Shown here piece by piece: positions 62,538 to 64,000 of a stretch of 64,000 nt of DNA (the first letter of the stretch is position 1; each line of letters opens with the position of its first letter). This DNA is from Macrostomum hystrix (taxonomy: Eukaryota; Animalia; Platyhelminthes), in the NCBI GenBank assembly GCA_950097015.1, contig CATNEN010000001.1:20212001-20276000 (forward strand), written 5' to 3'. The position numbers and the translations under genes were made by a program. The notes under the pieces were generated by a model. It was not told the origin of the DNA. It was given only the letters and a program-made list of their open reading frames with translations, and did not search any database.

Positions 62538-62695
62538 CTGGGCGAGAGGAGGTGAGGTAACAATATTTAATTTTCACACACAGTGAAGTACATAGTTGCT
62601 AGATAGATTAAGAATGAAACCAAATAATCGATACTCGATCGATACCAACGAGAGCCAATCCTGTCCATTCTACACACACGCACACATCCACACAA

Positions 62696-62918
62696 GGGGC
62701 TGTAGCCAACTGGTTAGAGCGACTTGAAGGTCGGGGGTTCGATTCCCGACTCAACTGGAACTATAGAAACATAACACAGCTTCAGTTAATTTAGCTATTA
62801 AATTGATAATTGAGGGTGGGTGTGGCGTCACCCCCAGTCCATGGACTGTACAGCCGTACGCAGCCTTCAGATGCGCCGCGCAATAGCAATATGAAATATA
62901 ATATAGTGACAGGTGTAA
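62696..62918 (+). mobile_element. SINE family B copy (internally deleted)
   Basis: GGGGCTGTAGCCAACTGGTTAGAGCG..GGTTCGATTCCC and CCAGTCCATGGACTG body. Confidence 0.75.
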
Positions 62919-63779
62919 GTAGGCAGTTCCGAAGCAAACTTCCAGGTCAATAAGTCAATGCCCTGAGCACACGGCACCAAACAACACATGACTCAACGGA
63001 TTGAATTTCATACAAGCCATTCTATAAGCATCCTCGTACATGCCCTCAAGATAATTATCAAGGTAAGCTTCTTGTTCAAAGCAATGAGCAGGCAATTAAC
63101 TTGCCGATAAAATATACGTAATCAAGTCAAAAGGAAAAATTTGTTTTAAATGAGAGGAAAGAAATTTCTTGAAAGATTTTTTTTGCTTTCGTGCCTGAAT
63201 TCGATAATAATTGCTGCTGCTGCTGCTGTTGCTCAGAGCCTGCTCAAGCTGGGTTAGAAGGTTAGACCGCAATGCGATTTGATGTGCACAGAGAGTTGGG
63301 GACCGAGCTCACTCACTTGCAGTTCCGGCCCTGGGATTCTGCACCCCCCCCCCAACCAGCCAGAGTCCCGTCCAATCTCAATTAGCGACTTTGACGAGTC
63401 TGTTAATGAACTGGCTTTGGATTGCCATTGCGGCGAGTAAGTCCTTACAGGGAGGAGGCCGAGAGACGGAGAGACAGAGAGAGAAGAAAGTTGATTTAGT
63501 TTAACTTGGCTGCCAGACCTCACGGATCTGGCTTTGAATTTCGACTTTCTGCTTTCAGTTAGAGACTGGGATACCGGCGGTGCCCGAGCCAATTAGCTTG
63601 ATTCCTGCCTGGCCTGGACTTGGGGATACTCATCCCGCCTCTACAGCCTCCTCTCAGGCCCGCTTCAAATCAAGTGGCCTTCTAAAAGCCCTTAGTCATC
63701 TTTTAATTTGTCTAGCTTTTGTTCTGATATATCTAGAGGAAAAAAGTTTCTTAAATTATAAAACTTCCGAATGTCTAAA

Positions 63780-64000
63780 TTCCCAATCCTAAAACTTCCC
63801 AATCCCAAAACTTCCCATTCCCAAAACTTCCCATTCCCAAAACTTCCCAGTCAGTCCCAAAACTTCCTAATCCCAAGACTTCCCAATCCCAAAACTTCCT
63901 AATCCAAAAACTTCCTAATCCAAAAACTTCCCAATCCCAAAACTTCAAAATCCCAGAACTTCCTAATCCAAAAACTTCCCAATCCCAAAACTTCCCAATC
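63780..64000. repeat. 16-bp tandem repeat (CCCAAAACTTCCCAAT), continues past the edge
   Basis: About 13 copies. Confidence 0.92.

Overview
Eukaryotic (animal) genomic DNA, not prokaryotic. GC-rich exons with poly-Q/poly-A tracts, GT-AG introns and very dense 9-42 bp minisatellites are consistent with a free-living flatworm such as Macrostomum; that assignment is an inference. I assembled spliced gene models by hand, checking splice phases. In order they are: an ankyrin-repeat + Mab-21/cGAS-like nucleotidyltransferase gene (runs off the left edge), MOGS, NUP107, two paralogous ACOT/BAAT-family acyl-CoA thioesterases ending in PTS1 signals, a small 2-exon secreted neuropeptide precursor that the ORF track captures only in part (allatostatin-C-like with an enlarged Cys ring), an intron-poor ABCA transporter, a TMEM220-like gene, a TSP1-repeat type-I membrane protein, and the 3' exons of a poly-Q protein. 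Mobile DNA includes a decayed Crypton-type tyrosine-recombinase element, two tRNA-derived SINE families and hAT-like MITE ends. The most notable observations are: the ANK-cGLR candidate immune sensor; the novel neuropeptide; inverted minisatellite arrays bracketing exons (possible circRNA/dsRNA); minisatellites that appear to originate at splice donors or a SINE head; and a gene-conversion tract plus an intron difference between the ACOT paralogs.
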